From an uncultured Anaerolineae bacterium (lineage in GTDB: Bacteria; Chloroflexota; Anaerolineae; JACIWP01): 64,000 nucleotides of DNA. The translations under genes and the position numbers were made by a program. Of the stretch, positions 28,285-38,340 are shown piece after piece. The notes beneath the pieces were generated by a model. It was not told where the DNA came from and searched no databases. It worked only from the letters and a program-made list of their open reading frames with translations. Every line of letters begins with the position of its first letter. Positions within the stretch are counted from its first letter, which is position 1. The DNA lies in contig CALIBQ010000012.1 in NCBI GenBank assembly GCA_938049385.1, positions 74,131 to 138,130 of the forward strand, in the 5' to 3' direction.

Positions 28285-29160
28285 ATGGAAATTGCGGTCC
28301 ATCTGTTGGTGCTCATCACTATATACGGTATTCTGGCCATCAGCCTGAACCTGATGGTGGGTATGGCGGGCCTCTTTAACCTGGGGCTGGCCGCCTTCTA
28401 CGGCATCGGCGCCTACACCTCGGCCATCTTATCGCGCAACTTCGGCGTGCCGGTGGGGTTGTCCCTGCTGGCCGGCGTGGCCCTGGCGGCCCTGATCGGC
28501 TTTATCATCGGCTTGCCCACGGTGAAGCTGGTGGGGGACTATCTCGCGGTGGTCACCATGGGCCTGGGCGAGATCACCCGCGCCGTCTTCAAGAACTGGG
28601 TGCCGGTGACCCGCGGCCCGATGGGTCTGCCCGGCATCCCCCACATGTCCCTCTTCGGCTTCAAGCTGGACACCGCACCGTTCTTTCTGGCCTTCAGTTT
28701 CCTGATGATCGCCGTCAGCTTCATTCTTGTGGAGCGCATCCGCTTATCGCCGTTCGGGCGGGTACTGCGGGGAGTGCGCGAGGATGAGATGGGCGCTCAG
28801 GCCTTGGGCAAGAACACGTACTGGTACAAGATGACCGCGCTGGTAGTGGGTTCCGGGCTGGCCGGCCTGGCCGGCGGGCTCTTCGCCCATTACATGAACT
28901 TCATTGATCCCTCCAGCTTCGTCATGTGGCTCACCTTCTTCATTTTCCTTGCTATTATGATGGGCGGTCTGGGCAATAACCTGGGCGCGGTGGTTGCTAC
29001 CGGCGTGCTGATGGTCCTGCGCGAGGGCCTGCGCTTTGCCGGCCTGCCGCCGGCGGTTGCCGCCCCCCTTCAGCAACTGATCTTCGGCATCCTGCTCATC
29101 ATCATGACCATCTTCGCCCCGCGCGGGCTGATCCCTGAGCAAAAGCCCAGGTATGATTGA
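28285..29160 (+). CDS. livM: ABC transporter permease, LivM-like
   Basis: Multi-TM permease; GGGAGGGAGG RBS. Confidence 0.8.
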   Translation: MEIAVHLLVLITIYGILAISLNLMVGMAGLFNLGLAAFYGIGAYTSAILSRNFGVPVGLSLLAGVALAALIGFIIGLPTVKLVGDYLAVVTMGLGEITRAVFKNWVPVTRGPMGLPGIPHMSLFGFKLDTAPFFLAFSFLMIAVSFILVERIRLSPFGRVLRGVREDEMGAQALGKNTYWYKMTALVVGSGLAGLAGGLFAHYMNFIDPSSFVMWLTFFIFLAIMMGGLGNNLGAVVATGVLMVLREGLRFAGLPPAVAAPLQQLIFGILLIIMTIFAPRGLIPEQKPRYD

Positions 29161-29175
29161 GGAGGGACCTGCGAC

Positions 29176-29928
29176 GTGCTGCGCATCGAGAACCTCTCCA
29201 AGGATTTTGGCGGTCTGCGAGCGGTGGACCACTGCTCTTTCGAGGTGCCGGCCGGCACCATTTTCGGCCTCATTGGCCCCAACGGGAGCGGCAAAAGCAC
29301 CATCTTCAACCTGGTGACGGGCTTTCTCCTGCCCACTGAGGGGGAGATATACTTCAAGGGGGAGCGCATCACCGGCTGGCCGCCGTATGCGGTTGTGCGC
29401 AAGGGCATTGCCCGCACGTTCCAATTGGTGCGCGTCTTCCGCAACATGACCGTCATGGAGAACATGTTGCTAGGGCCCAAGCACCAGGTGGGGGAGAACT
29501 TCATCGCTGGCGTGCTGAACCTGCCGGCGGTGCGCCGGCAGGAGCGCGAGAACGTGAAAAAAGCCCGCGAACTGCTGGCCATGATGGGCCTGGAGCGCTT
29601 CGAGAACGAGTACGCCGGCAACCTCTCCTACGCGGAGCAGAAGCTGGTCGAGATTGCCCGCGCCCTAATGACCGACCCGGACTTCCTGATGCTGGACGAG
29701 CCGGCCTCCGGCATCAACCCTACGCTGGTGGATAACATCCTCCAGCATATCCGCCGCTTGCGCGACGAGCAGGGCAAGACCATCCTGCTGGTAGAACACG
29801 ATATGAACGTGGTGATGAACCTCTGTGACTGGATCGTAGTGCTCAACTACGGCCAGAAAATCTGCGAGGGCACGCCGGAAACAGTGAGCTGTGATCCGCG
29901 TGTCATTGACGCCTATCTGGGCGTATAG
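29176..29928 (+). CDS. livG: ABC transporter ATP-binding protein, LivG-like
   Basis: Walker A GPNGSGKST, signature LSYAEQK, Walker B LLMLDEP; GTG start. Confidence 0.9.
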   Translation: MLRIENLSKDFGGLRAVDHCSFEVPAGTIFGLIGPNGSGKSTIFNLVTGFLLPTEGEIYFKGERITGWPPYAVVRKGIARTFQLVRVFRNMTVMENMLLGPKHQVGENFIAGVLNLPAVRRQERENVKKARELLAMMGLERFENEYAGNLSYAEQKLVEIARALMTDPDFLMLDEPASGINPTLVDNILQHIRRLRDEQGKTILLVEHDMNVVMNLCDWIVVLNYGQKICEGTPETVSCDPRVIDAYLGV

Positions 29929-29946
29929 CCGGAATGGGAGCAAAGC

Positions 29947-30681
29947 ATGAGCGAACACACCGGTGAGACACTGCTGGAAATCCGCGACCTGGTCGCCGGC
30001 TACGGCAAAATCGAGGTACTGCACGGCATCTCGCTGAAGGTCCAGCGGGGAGAAATCGTGACCCTGGTCGGCGCCAACGGCGCCGGCAAGACCACCACCC
30101 TGCGCTCCATCATGGGCCTGACCGACATCCGCGCCGGCCGCATCATCTTCGACGGCACGGACATTACCGGCTGGTCCCCGCACCGCGTGGCCGCGCGCGG
30201 CATCGCCTTTGTGCCGCAGGAGCGCAGTATCTTCCCCTCCTTGACCGTTTACGAGAACCTGGAAATGGGCGCCTACCAACTGCCGCCGGGGGAATTTGCC
30301 GCCCGGCTGGAGGCCATTTATGCCCGCTTCCCCCGCCTGAAGGAGCGCTACCGCCAGCGCGCCGGCACTCTCTCCGGCGGTGAGCGCCGCATGCTGGCCA
30401 TCGCCCGCGGGCTGATCGCCAACCCGGCCCTGATGCTGGTGGACGAGCCGTCCCTGGGGCTGGCGCCGAAAGTGGTGGAGGCCGTCTTCGAGAACGTGCA
30501 GGGCATCAACCGCGAAGGCACCACCATCCTGCTGGTGGAACAGAACGCTCGGCGCGCATTGGCGATCGCGCACCGCGCCTATGTGATGGAACTGGGGCAT
30601 ATCCGCTACGAGGGCACCGGCCGGCAGTTGCTGGAGGACGAGCAGGTCCAGCGGCTGTATCTCGGCGGCGCCCGCACCTGA
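29947..30681 (+). CDS. livF: ABC transporter ATP-binding protein, LivF-like
   Basis: Walker A GANGAGKTT, LSGGERRM, LMLVDEPS. Confidence 0.9.
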   Translation: MSEHTGETLLEIRDLVAGYGKIEVLHGISLKVQRGEIVTLVGANGAGKTTTLRSIMGLTDIRAGRIIFDGTDITGWSPHRVAARGIAFVPQERSIFPSLTVYENLEMGAYQLPPGEFAARLEAIYARFPRLKERYRQRAGTLSGGERRMLAIARGLIANPALMLVDEPSLGLAPKVVEAVFENVQGINREGTTILLVEQNARRALAIAHRAYVMELGHIRYEGTGRQLLEDEQVQRLYLGGART

Positions 30682-30744
30682 TGCTCAAAGAGCGCCGGCT
30701 CCCGCCAGGCCGGCGTCTGTCTGCACCGCACGGAGGAAAGGAAC

Positions 30745-32199
30745 ATGCGCAGTAACTATCATGCCCAACTGACCCCTGCTGTTCGCGTGTTGTCCCAGGC
30801 ACAAATTGAGGAACTGCATTATGCCACGCTGGAGGTACTGCGGCGCACCGGCGTGCGCGTCCTGGTGGAAGAGGCGCGCGATCTGCTCCGCAAGGCCGGC
30901 TGTTGGGTGGACGGGGACCGCGTGCGCTTCCCCGCCGGCCTGGTGGAGTGGGCGATCCGCACCGCGCCCTCGCGCGTCGTGCTGTGCGATCGGGAAGGCC
31001 GGCCGGCCATGTACCTGGAGGACGGCCGCACCTACTTCGGCACCGGCTCCGACACTCCCTTTGTGATTGACATCCACACGGGGGAGCGCCGGCCCAGCCG
31101 CCTGCAGGATGTGGTGGATATGACGCGCCTGGTGGACGGCCTGCCCAACCTGGATTTTGTCATGTGCATGGGCATCGCCCAGGATGTGGACCAGGCGGTC
31201 TCCGACCTGTACCACTTCCGCGCCATGGTGGAAAACACCACCAAGCCCATCTGCTACACCGCCTGGAACCTGCGCAACCTGAAGGCGATCATCGAGATGT
31301 GCGAGGCGATCGCCGGCGGCGAGGAGGCCTTCCAGCGCAATCCCTTCGCCATCCTGTATGCCGAACCCATCAGCCCGCTCCAGCACATCGTCGAGGGCAC
31401 GGAGAAACTGCTGTACACTTGCCGCAAGCGCCTGCCCATCGTCTATACCCCGGGCATGATGTTCGGCGCCGCCGCGCCCATGACCAGCGCCGGCGGCCTG
31501 GTGGTGGCCAACGCTGAGCTCCTCTCCGGTCTGGTGATGGCGCAGTTGGCCTGCGAGGGGGTGGGCTTCGTGTACGGCGGCGGCGTCACCATCATGGATA
31601 TGCGCACCATGAGCGTTACCTACGCCTCACCGGAGTTCCTGCTGAACATGGTGGCGCTGACGGAGATGGCGCATTATTACCATCTGCCGGTCTTCTCCTT
31701 CGGCGCCTGCTCCGACAGCAAGTGCTTTGACCAGCAGGCCGGCCTGGAGGGGGGCATGTGGACGCTCCTGGCGGCGCTGGCCGGCGGCAACCTCTGCCAC
31801 GACGTCGGATACATTGACTCGGGGCTGACCGCCTCCATGGAGATGGTAGTGCTGGGCGACGAGGCCGCCGGCATGGTGCGGCGCTTCATGCAGGGCATCA
31901 CCATCAACGCCGAGACGCTGGCACTGGATGTCATTGACGCAGTGGGACCGGGCGGCAGTTTCTTGGGCACGGAGCACACTGTGCGCCATGTGCGCGAGAA
32001 TTGGTTCCCGACCCTGCTGGAGCGCGGCAGTTACGAGAACTGGGTGCAGGCCGGCAAACGCACGCTGGGGGATAAGGCCCGCCAGCGCGCCCTGCACATC
32101 CTGGAAACCCATCAACCGAAACCGCTGGAGCCGGCGGTCAAGCAGAAGCTTGATGCCATCATCGCCCGCGTGGAAGCGGAAATCGCCGGCGGGCACTAG
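30745..32199 (+). CDS. MttB-superfamily methyltransferase (non-pyrrolysine member; glycine betaine/quaternary amine:corrinoid methyltransferase-like), copy 1
   Basis: 484-aa uninterrupted ORF with trimethylamine methyltransferase (MttB) family fold; GGAGGAAAGG RBS. Confidence 0.85.
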   Translation: MRSNYHAQLTPAVRVLSQAQIEELHYATLEVLRRTGVRVLVEEARDLLRKAGCWVDGDRVRFPAGLVEWAIRTAPSRVVLCDREGRPAMYLEDGRTYFGTGSDTPFVIDIHTGERRPSRLQDVVDMTRLVDGLPNLDFVMCMGIAQDVDQAVSDLYHFRAMVENTTKPICYTAWNLRNLKAIIEMCEAIAGGEEAFQRNPFAILYAEPISPLQHIVEGTEKLLYTCRKRLPIVYTPGMMFGAAAPMTSAGGLVVANAELLSGLVMAQLACEGVGFVYGGGVTIMDMRTMSVTYASPEFLLNMVALTEMAHYYHLPVFSFGACSDSKCFDQQAGLEGGMWTLLAALAGGNLCHDVGYIDSGLTASMEMVVLGDEAAGMVRRFMQGITINAETLALDVIDAVGPGGSFLGTEHTVRHVRENWFPTLLERGSYENWVQAGKRTLGDKARQRALHILETHQPKPLEPAVKQKLDAIIARVEAEIAGGH

Positions 32200-32231
32200 C
32201 CTTCCCATTGACAGAGGAAAAGGAGGGAGAG

Positions 32232-33698
32232 ATGAACTCGGGATTCCGGTCCCAATGTGTGCCCAGCTACCGCCTGCTGACCGAGGAGCAGATTAAGGAG
32301 ATTCACCTGGCCACCTTGGAGGTGCTGGAGACGGTCGGTGTGCGGGTGATGTGCGAGGAGGGCGTGGAGCTCCTGCAGAGCGCCGGCTGTCGCGTGCGCG
32401 ACGGCAACATCGTGATGATACCGCCTTGGCTGGTGGAAGAATGCATCCACAGCGCACCGCCCCGCATCACCATCTACAACCGCAAAGGCGAGGAGGCGAT
32501 GCTCCTCGAGGGGCGCAAGATTTACTTCGGCATGGGCACCGACCTGACCATGACCTATGACCTCTACACGGGGGAACTGCGCCCCTCGGTCCTGCAGGAT
32601 GTGCGCAACATGGCGCGCGTGGCCGACGCCTGCGAGCATATTGACTTCCTGGCATCCATGGCACTGCCGCACGACGTCCCGACCAACGCCATGTACCTGG
32701 AGTGCGTCAAGGCGCAGATGGAGAACTCCACCAAGCCCATCTTCTTCACCGCCGGCGGGAGTGAGGACCTGGCCTACATCATCCGCATGGCGGAGGTGGT
32801 GGCCGGCGGCCCGGAGGCCCTGCGCGCCAAACCCTTCATCATCCATTACTCCGAACCGACGCCGCCGCTGACCCATTCCTACGGCGCGGTGCGCAAGCTG
32901 TTCCTGTGCGCCGAGCGCGGCATCCCCATCTGCTACCCACCGGGATTGATCCTGGGCGCCAGCGGCCCGGTGACGCTGGCCGGCGGCATTGTCCAGGCCA
33001 ACGCCGAGGCGTTGAGCGGCGTGGTGCTCCATCAGCTCAAGGCTAAGGGTGCGCCCATCATCAGCGGCATCGCCGCTGTACCTATGGACATGTCCACCTC
33101 CACCTTCTGCTACGGCGCGCCGGAGTTCCGGCTGACCAACTCTGCCTTCGCCGACCTGTACCACTGGTACGGACTGCCGATGTGGTCCACCGTGGGGACG
33201 GACGCCCATGCCTTCGACCAGCAGGCGGCCATCGAACATGCCGTCGCCACCTTCATGGCGGCGCTGGACGGGGCCAACCTGATCCACGACGTGGGCTACC
33301 TGGGGCAGGGCCTGATCGGCAACCCGGCCATGGTGCTGATGGGCAACGAGCTGATCAGCTACACCAAGCGGCTCCTGCGGGGTTTTGACATCAACCGCGA
33401 CACCCTGGCGCTGGATGCCATCCGGCGGGTGGGGCCGGGCGGCCATTACCTGGCGGAGGAGCATACCCTGCGGCACTTCCGCCAGGAGCTGTGGCGGCCG
33501 CAGTTCCTGAACCGCGATGACCCCGATACCTGGATCAGCAAGGGGCGCAAGACCTACAGCGACCGGGTGATTCAGGAGACGAAGCGGCTCTTGGAGGCGC
33601 ATCGGCCGGAGCCTCTGCCGGCCGATACCGCCGCGGCTATCGAGGCCATCGCCGCAGAAGCGCGCCAGGCACTGGCCGGCATCCACTTCATCGCCTGA
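32232..33698 (+). CDS. MttB-superfamily methyltransferase (non-pyrrolysine member), copy 2 (tandem paralog, ~45% aa identity to copy 1)
   Basis: Start MNSGFRSQ with AAAGGAGGGAGAG RBS; same family as the preceding gene. Confidence 0.85.
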   Translation: MNSGFRSQCVPSYRLLTEEQIKEIHLATLEVLETVGVRVMCEEGVELLQSAGCRVRDGNIVMIPPWLVEECIHSAPPRITIYNRKGEEAMLLEGRKIYFGMGTDLTMTYDLYTGELRPSVLQDVRNMARVADACEHIDFLASMALPHDVPTNAMYLECVKAQMENSTKPIFFTAGGSEDLAYIIRMAEVVAGGPEALRAKPFIIHYSEPTPPLTHSYGAVRKLFLCAERGIPICYPPGLILGASGPVTLAGGIVQANAEALSGVVLHQLKAKGAPIISGIAAVPMDMSTSTFCYGAPEFRLTNSAFADLYHWYGLPMWSTVGTDAHAFDQQAAIEHAVATFMAALDGANLIHDVGYLGQGLIGNPAMVLMGNELISYTKRLLRGFDINRDTLALDAIRRVGPGGHYLAEEHTLRHFRQELWRPQFLNRDDPDTWISKGRKTYSDRVIQETKRLLEAHRPEPLPADTAAAIEAIAAEARQALAGIHFIA

Positions 33699-33714
33699 CC
33701 CCCTACCCGCAACC

Positions 33715-33766
33715 TCACAGCCCGGGCGGAGAGCGGCTCCCGTTTTTGCGCCCCGTCCCGGGCTGT
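33715..33766 (+). terminator. GC-rich nested hairpin with internal T5 after the MttB pair (putative terminator)
   Basis: cacagcccggg…cccgggctgtg 11-bp outer stem enclosing gcggagagcggctcccgttttt. Confidence 0.3.
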
Positions 33767-33819
33767 GTTATGATGCAGATGTGAAGGCTTGCCAGGCTAA
33801 CGCGCAAATCGGGAGTCAT

Positions 33820-34524
33820 ATGAAAGCCAGAGAAACGGCCGGCCGCGCCGGCTCAACCACCGGGGAGCGCAAACCGCCCGTGGACTATGTGGTGTTCGAC
33901 CTGGACGAGACCATTTATCCCCGCGATGCCGGCGTCATGCAGGCCATTGGCGAGCGCATCACCGAATATCTCCAGCGCTATCTGGGCCTTTCCTTTGAAG
34001 ATGCGGTGGCCCTGCGCCGGCGCTACGTGAGGGAATACGGCACGACCCTGCGGGGACTGCGCCGGCACCATCAGATTGACGCCGACCACTATATGGACTT
34101 CGTCCATGACATTCCCATTGAGCGACTGCTCCACTACGACACCCGCCTGGACCAAGCTCTCTCCCGGATTGATGCCCAGAAAGCGATATTCACCAATGCC
34201 TCGCGCCAGCACGCCGAACGGGTGCTGGAGGCAATGGGCATCCGCCGGCATTTCTCCCGCATCATCGAGGTGCGCGACGTGGGATGGGAGGGCAAGCCCG
34301 ATCCCCAGGCCTACACCCGTCTGGTGGAACTGCTTGGGACCAGGCCGGAGCGCATCATGCTGGTGGAGGACAGCCTGCGCAACCTGCGGCCGGCGGCCCA
34401 GCTGGGCATGATCACCGTGCTGGTGGACGGTGAGGGCTACGGCGAGGTGGATTTCGTCATTGATGAGGTATGGCAGATCGGCGACGTGTACGCGGCCTTG
34501 TGCCAGCGGAGCCAAGAGGAATAA
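33820..34524 (+). CDS. HAD-superfamily hydrolase (pyrimidine 5'-nucleotidase-like)
   Basis: VVFDLDETIY motif I, HAD motifs; GGGAG RBS. Confidence 0.75.
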   Translation: MKARETAGRAGSTTGERKPPVDYVVFDLDETIYPRDAGVMQAIGERITEYLQRYLGLSFEDAVALRRRYVREYGTTLRGLRRHHQIDADHYMDFVHDIPIERLLHYDTRLDQALSRIDAQKAIFTNASRQHAERVLEAMGIRRHFSRIIEVRDVGWEGKPDPQAYTRLVELLGTRPERIMLVEDSLRNLRPAAQLGMITVLVDGEGYGEVDFVIDEVWQIGDVYAALCQRSQEE

Positions 34525-34561
34525 CCCCTGGGGACAATAAAAACGCGACAAGGAGGTTGCG

Positions 34562-35782
34562 ATGTTGAAATCCCCCATGGACGGTCAGTGGACGACCAAT
34601 TGGGAGCTTCAGTATGCCCAGCGCACCCAGGCCATGACGAGCTCCATTATCCGGGATTTGCTGAAGCTCACCCAACAGCCGGATGTCATTTCCTTCGCCG
34701 GCGGACTGCCGGCACCCGAACTGTTCCCCATCCGTGAGTTCAAGGAAGCCTGCGCCTACATCCTTGAGCACGACGGTGCCCGCGCCCTGCAGTACGGCCC
34801 CACCGACGGCTACCCGCCGCTGAAAGAGTTCCTGGTGGAGAAGATGCAGAAGTACGGCGTGCCGGCGGAGATGGAAAACGTGCTCATCACCAACGGCTCC
34901 CAGCAGGCGCTGGACCTCATCGGAAAGGTCTTCATCAACCGCGGCGATGTCATCGTCACCGAAGCGCCGACCTATCTGGGCGCCCTGCAGGCCTGGAACC
35001 TCTTCGGCCCGCGCTATGTGACGGTGCCCAGCGATGATGACGGCATGCAGGTGGACAAGCTGGAAGAGGTGTTGAAGCGGGAGAAGGTCAAGTTCATCTA
35101 TGTACTGCCCAACTTCCACAATCCCGCCGGCGTCACCCTGGCGGAAGAGCGGCGCTACCGGCTGGTGGAGATCGCCGGCAAGTACGGCGTCCCCATCATC
35201 GAGGACGACCCCTACGGCGAACTGCGCTTCGAGGGCAAAGACCTGGTGCCCATCATCGTGCTCCATAAAGAGAACGTCATCTATCTGAGCACCTTCTCTA
35301 AAACGCTGGCGCCCGGCATCCGCCTCGGCTGGGTGACGGCGCCGGGCCGGGTGATTGACCGCCTGATCATGGCCAAGCAGGCGGCAGACCTGCACACCAG
35401 CACCTTCGTGCAGATGGTGGCCAATGATATCTGCCAGCGCGGCATCCTGAAGCGGCATGTGCAGATCATCCGTAAGGTGTACCGCGAACGCCGCGACGTT
35501 ATGCTGGAGGCGATGGAAGAGTTCTTCCCCGAGGGGGTTACCTGGACGCGGCCGCAGGGCGGCATGTTTCTGTGGGTGCGCTTGCCGGAAAAAGTGGATG
35601 CGGCCAAGCTCCTGCGGGTGGCACTGGAAGAAAAGGTGGCCTTCGTGCCGGGCGCGGCTTTCTTCCCCAACGGCGGCGGCCACAACACCATGCGGCTGAA
35701 CTTCTCCAACGCCCAGCCGGAGATGATTCGCGAGGGCATCCGCCGGCTGGGACGCGCCATCGCGCGGGAGATTGACGGATGA
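34562..35782 (+). CDS. PLP-dependent aminotransferase class I/II (2-aminoadipate/aromatic aminotransferase-like)
   Basis: AGGAGG RBS; FSKTLAPGIRLGW with putative PLP lysine; aminotransferase fold. Confidence 0.85.
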   Translation: MLKSPMDGQWTTNWELQYAQRTQAMTSSIIRDLLKLTQQPDVISFAGGLPAPELFPIREFKEACAYILEHDGARALQYGPTDGYPPLKEFLVEKMQKYGVPAEMENVLITNGSQQALDLIGKVFINRGDVIVTEAPTYLGALQAWNLFGPRYVTVPSDDDGMQVDKLEEVLKREKVKFIYVLPNFHNPAGVTLAEERRYRLVEIAGKYGVPIIEDDPYGELRFEGKDLVPIIVLHKENVIYLSTFSKTLAPGIRLGWVTAPGRVIDRLIMAKQAADLHTSTFVQMVANDICQRGILKRHVQIIRKVYRERRDVMLEAMEEFFPEGVTWTRPQGGMFLWVRLPEKVDAAKLLRVALEEKVAFVPGAAFFPNGGGHNTMRLNFSNAQPEMIREGIRRLGRAIAREIDG

Positions 35783-36213
35783 GCGAGGAAGGCGCTCCGA
35801 TCGCCGCGCCGGCGGTCGAGACCAGCCTGCGCGTGCGCTACGCCGAGACCGACGCCCAGGGTGTGGTCTATTACGCCAACTACCTGGTCTGGTTCGAGGT
35901 CGGGCGTGTGGAGTACATCCGCCGGCAAGGCATCTCCTATGCTGACTTGGAGGCCCAGCGCCTGGGCATCATGATCGTGGAAGCGCAGTGCCGCTATTAC
36001 GCGCCGGCCTTTTTCGACGACCTCATCACGATCCGTACCTGGATCGACGAGGCGCGGCGGAGCAGTTTCCGCTTCCGCTATCAGGTGCGGCGTGGAGAAA
36101 CACTGCTGGCGGAGGGATACACCGTGCAGGTGATGGTGGACATGGAGCGGCGGGAGCCGGTGCCCATCCCGCCGGCCCTCCGCCAGCTTTTCCTCGGAGG
36201 TGAAAGCCGGTGA
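35779..36213 (+). CDS. Acyl-CoA thioesterase (YbgC/4HBT hot-dog fold)
   Basis: RVRYAETDAQGVVYYANYLVWFEVGR motif; overlaps the aminotransferase stop by 4 nt. Confidence 0.8.
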   Translation: MSEEGAPIAAPAVETSLRVRYAETDAQGVVYYANYLVWFEVGRVEYIRRQGISYADLEAQRLGIMIVEAQCRYYAPAFFDDLITIRTWIDEARRSSFRFRYQVRRGETLLAEGYTVQVMVDMERREPVPIPPALRQLFLGGESR

Positions 36214-36259
36214 CGGGCACTTCGCTGGAGACTGTCACCGGCTGACGGCTCTCTGGCGG

Positions 36260-37471
36260 TTATCCCCGGGAGCGGCGGCCTGCCCACCAGGCGAGCAGTG
36301 CAAGCACGCCGGCGAACAGTATGGCCCGCGACAGCGAGATACCGCCCTTCGGCTCACGCAGGGCCGGCACATAGCGCGTCATATCATGGATGATGATGTT
36401 GCGCTTTTCCAGCTCCCGCAGGAAGGCGCGCGGGTCAATGCATGCCTCCGGCGCCAGCACCCCTTTCTCCTTAATCTGCCCCGCTCCCAGCATCACTGTA
36501 CCGATGGCCAGCGGGATGCCGGTCAGCCGGTTCATGTGGTCGGCGGCGCCGTAGGAGATGAGCTGGGGCTTGCCGTTCTTGCGGCCGTGGACATCCACGC
36601 GTATCGCCGAACAGGGTTCCTCCGGTGCCCCGATACGCGAGAGAAGCGGCAGGGCCATTTTGATGACCTTGCCCAGGGCATCCTTGCGCGCCGGCGTGCG
36701 GGTCAGTCCAACGCGGTTGAGGAACATCGCCAGGCGGTTCAGCTCATCTTCCGAAAGCCCGCCTTTCAGGGTAACCGTCTTCACCCCCGGCAGGAAGCGC
36801 GGCAGAGTGACCGGTTCCGGATGACCCAGGTGGTAGACGTAGATATCGCCCACCGGGTCGGGGAAGCGCACCAGCTCCCGGCCGGAGCCGGCCGGCACGC
36901 TCACCAGCTCGCCGTTCTGGAAGGACGGCACCATGCCGGTGAAGATGTGAATGGTGTGCAGGATCACGGCATAGCCCTCGCTGTCGGAGGCACTGCCGGC
37001 CCAAGCCACATGGATTTCGTCCACTTCATCGAGCTGGTCGGCGGCGCGGCGCGCCAGCACGTTCGATAACCCCGGCGTCCAGCCCAACCCGGTGATGACG
37101 GTCACCCCCTTTTCCTTCGCCAGGGGGTCCATCTCCAGCACCGCCTGGGCGGCATCGTAATCATCGCACAGGCTGACGTAAGGGACGCCGGCCTCGATGG
37201 CGGCGCGCGCCATTTTGGCCTCGTACTTGTAGAACGGCCCGATGGCGCCGGCGGCCGCATCATGGCCGGCGATGACCTGCACCAGCAGGTCATGGTCGTT
37301 GGCATCCACCCACAGCGCCTGGGCCTTGTCCCCCACCAACTGTGCCAGGCGCTGGGCACCCTCGAAGTTATAATCCGCGATGGTGATGCGCTCCACCTGG
37401 GGCTGTGCGGCCAGGTCCCATACCGCCGCACTGCCCATGTCACCAGCCCCTCCCAACACCACGACCTTCAT
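36260..37471 (-). CDS. Saccharopine dehydrogenase-like NAD(P)-binding oxidoreductase
   Basis: MKVVVLGGAGDMGSAAV Rossmann N-terminus, Sacchrp_dh family architecture. Confidence 0.8.
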   Translation of the reverse strand: MKVVVLGGAGDMGSAAVWDLAAQPQVERITIADYNFEGAQRLAQLVGDKAQALWVDANDHDLLVQVIAGHDAAAGAIGPFYKYEAKMARAAIEAGVPYVSLCDDYDAAQAVLEMDPLAKEKGVTVITGLGWTPGLSNVLARRAADQLDEVDEIHVAWAGSASDSEGYAVILHTIHIFTGMVPSFQNGELVSVPAGSGRELVRFPDPVGDIYVYHLGHPEPVTLPRFLPGVKTVTLKGGLSEDELNRLAMFLNRVGLTRTPARKDALGKVIKMALPLLSRIGAPEEPCSAIRVDVHGRKNGKPQLISYGAADHMNRLTGIPLAIGTVMLGAGQIKEKGVLAPEACIDPRAFLRELEKRNIIIHDMTRYVPALREPKGGISLSRAILFAGVLALLAWWAGRRSRG

Positions 37472-37507
37472 GTGCTCCCTCCTTCCTTGGCGCGAGCAGA
37501 GAACAGG

Positions 37508-37936
37508 TTATGCCAGGGCATGCAGGGCCTGGCGAATGCGTTCCGCCATCTCGTCGAGTTCCGGGCGGGATGCCCGCCGGCCGTAGCCGGATGGGAAGCG
37601 GAAGCCGAAGCCATCCCCCGGATAGCGGGGCAGGAGGTGCAGATGCAGGTGCCAGACCTCCTGGCCGGCGGCCGCCTCATTGGCGATGTGGCAGTTCAGC
37701 CCGGCACAACCGGTGGCCTGACGCAGGGCCGGCGCCAGGCGTGCCGCCGTCTCCATCAGCTTGCCGGTTATTTCCGGCGGCGCATCGAAAACGTTGCGGT
37801 AATGGGCCTTGGGGATGATCAGGAGATGCCCCGGCAGTACCGGGATGATGTCCATGAACGCCATAACCTCGTCATCCTGGTAGACGATGCTGGCCGGCGC
37901 GCGGCCGGCGGCGATCTCGCAGAAAATGCAGTCCAT
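37508..37936 (-). CDS. HIT-family (histidine triad) nucleotide hydrolase
   Basis: CIFCEIAAG…HLHLHLLPR histidine triad. Confidence 0.85.
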   Translation of the reverse strand: MDCIFCEIAAGRAPASIVYQDDEVMAFMDIIPVLPGHLLIIPKAHYRNVFDAPPEITGKLMETAARLAPALRQATGCAGLNCHIANEAAAGQEVWHLHLHLLPRYPGDGFGFRFPSGYGRRASRPELDEMAERIRQALHALA

Positions 37937-38055
37937 GGCCGGCTCCTCGTGTTCGGCAGTGTCAGGTTGATTTCCCGCCTATTATAGCACGGGAGCGCCG
38001 GCGCTACAATACGGCGAACAGCCGTCCCGCTGGCGCGCGGCCGGCCGCGCCTGCA

Positions 38056-38084
38056 TGGACAAAGTGCGCGCATTCCGCTATAAT
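38056..38084 (+). promoter_or_regulatory. Sigma70-like promoter TGGACA-N17-TATAAT upstream of a long structured leader
   Basis: Consensus-like hexamers with 17-nt spacer. Confidence 0.4.
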
Positions 38085-38090
38085 GCAAGC

Positions 38091-38340
38091 TGTGCTCCAT
38101 CCCGCATCTTGCCTGGTGCTGAAGCACCAGGCTCACGGGCCAAGCCCCGCAAGGGCTTTGCTTCGTAGGCCGGCGGCTTCCAGCCGCCGGCGAACCCGCC
38201 GCCCTATGGCACGTGTCAATGCGAATAAGAAGCTGTGGCGCTGGTTAGCCTCGATAAGCACTTGAGACAACAGGTTTGCTGTCAAGATAAAAATATAAAA
38301 ATTTGCACTTCATCAACTGCCAGGCAACCTTTTTCAACAT
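38091..38340 (+). promoter_or_regulatory. Long GC-rich structured 5' leader (candidate cis-regulatory RNA/riboswitch or sRNA) upstream of the cell-wall amidase gene
   Basis: Several perfect hairpins: cctggtgct-gaa-gcaccagg; gccc-cgcaa-gggc (GCAA tetraloop); ccggcggc-ttcca-gccgccgg; second TATAAT at 38345. Confidence 0.3.

Noticed and set aside
30745-33698. Pyrrolysine-containing (amber-interrupted) MttB
   Set aside because: Both ORFs are continuous with no in-frame TAG, so they are non-Pyl MttB-superfamily members.
38091-38340. Confident assignment of the amidase leader as a ydaO (c-di-AMP) riboswitch
   Set aside because: The gene context fits, but I could not find the conserved ydaO 5' elements by eye. 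It is kept only as a candidate to test with Infernal.
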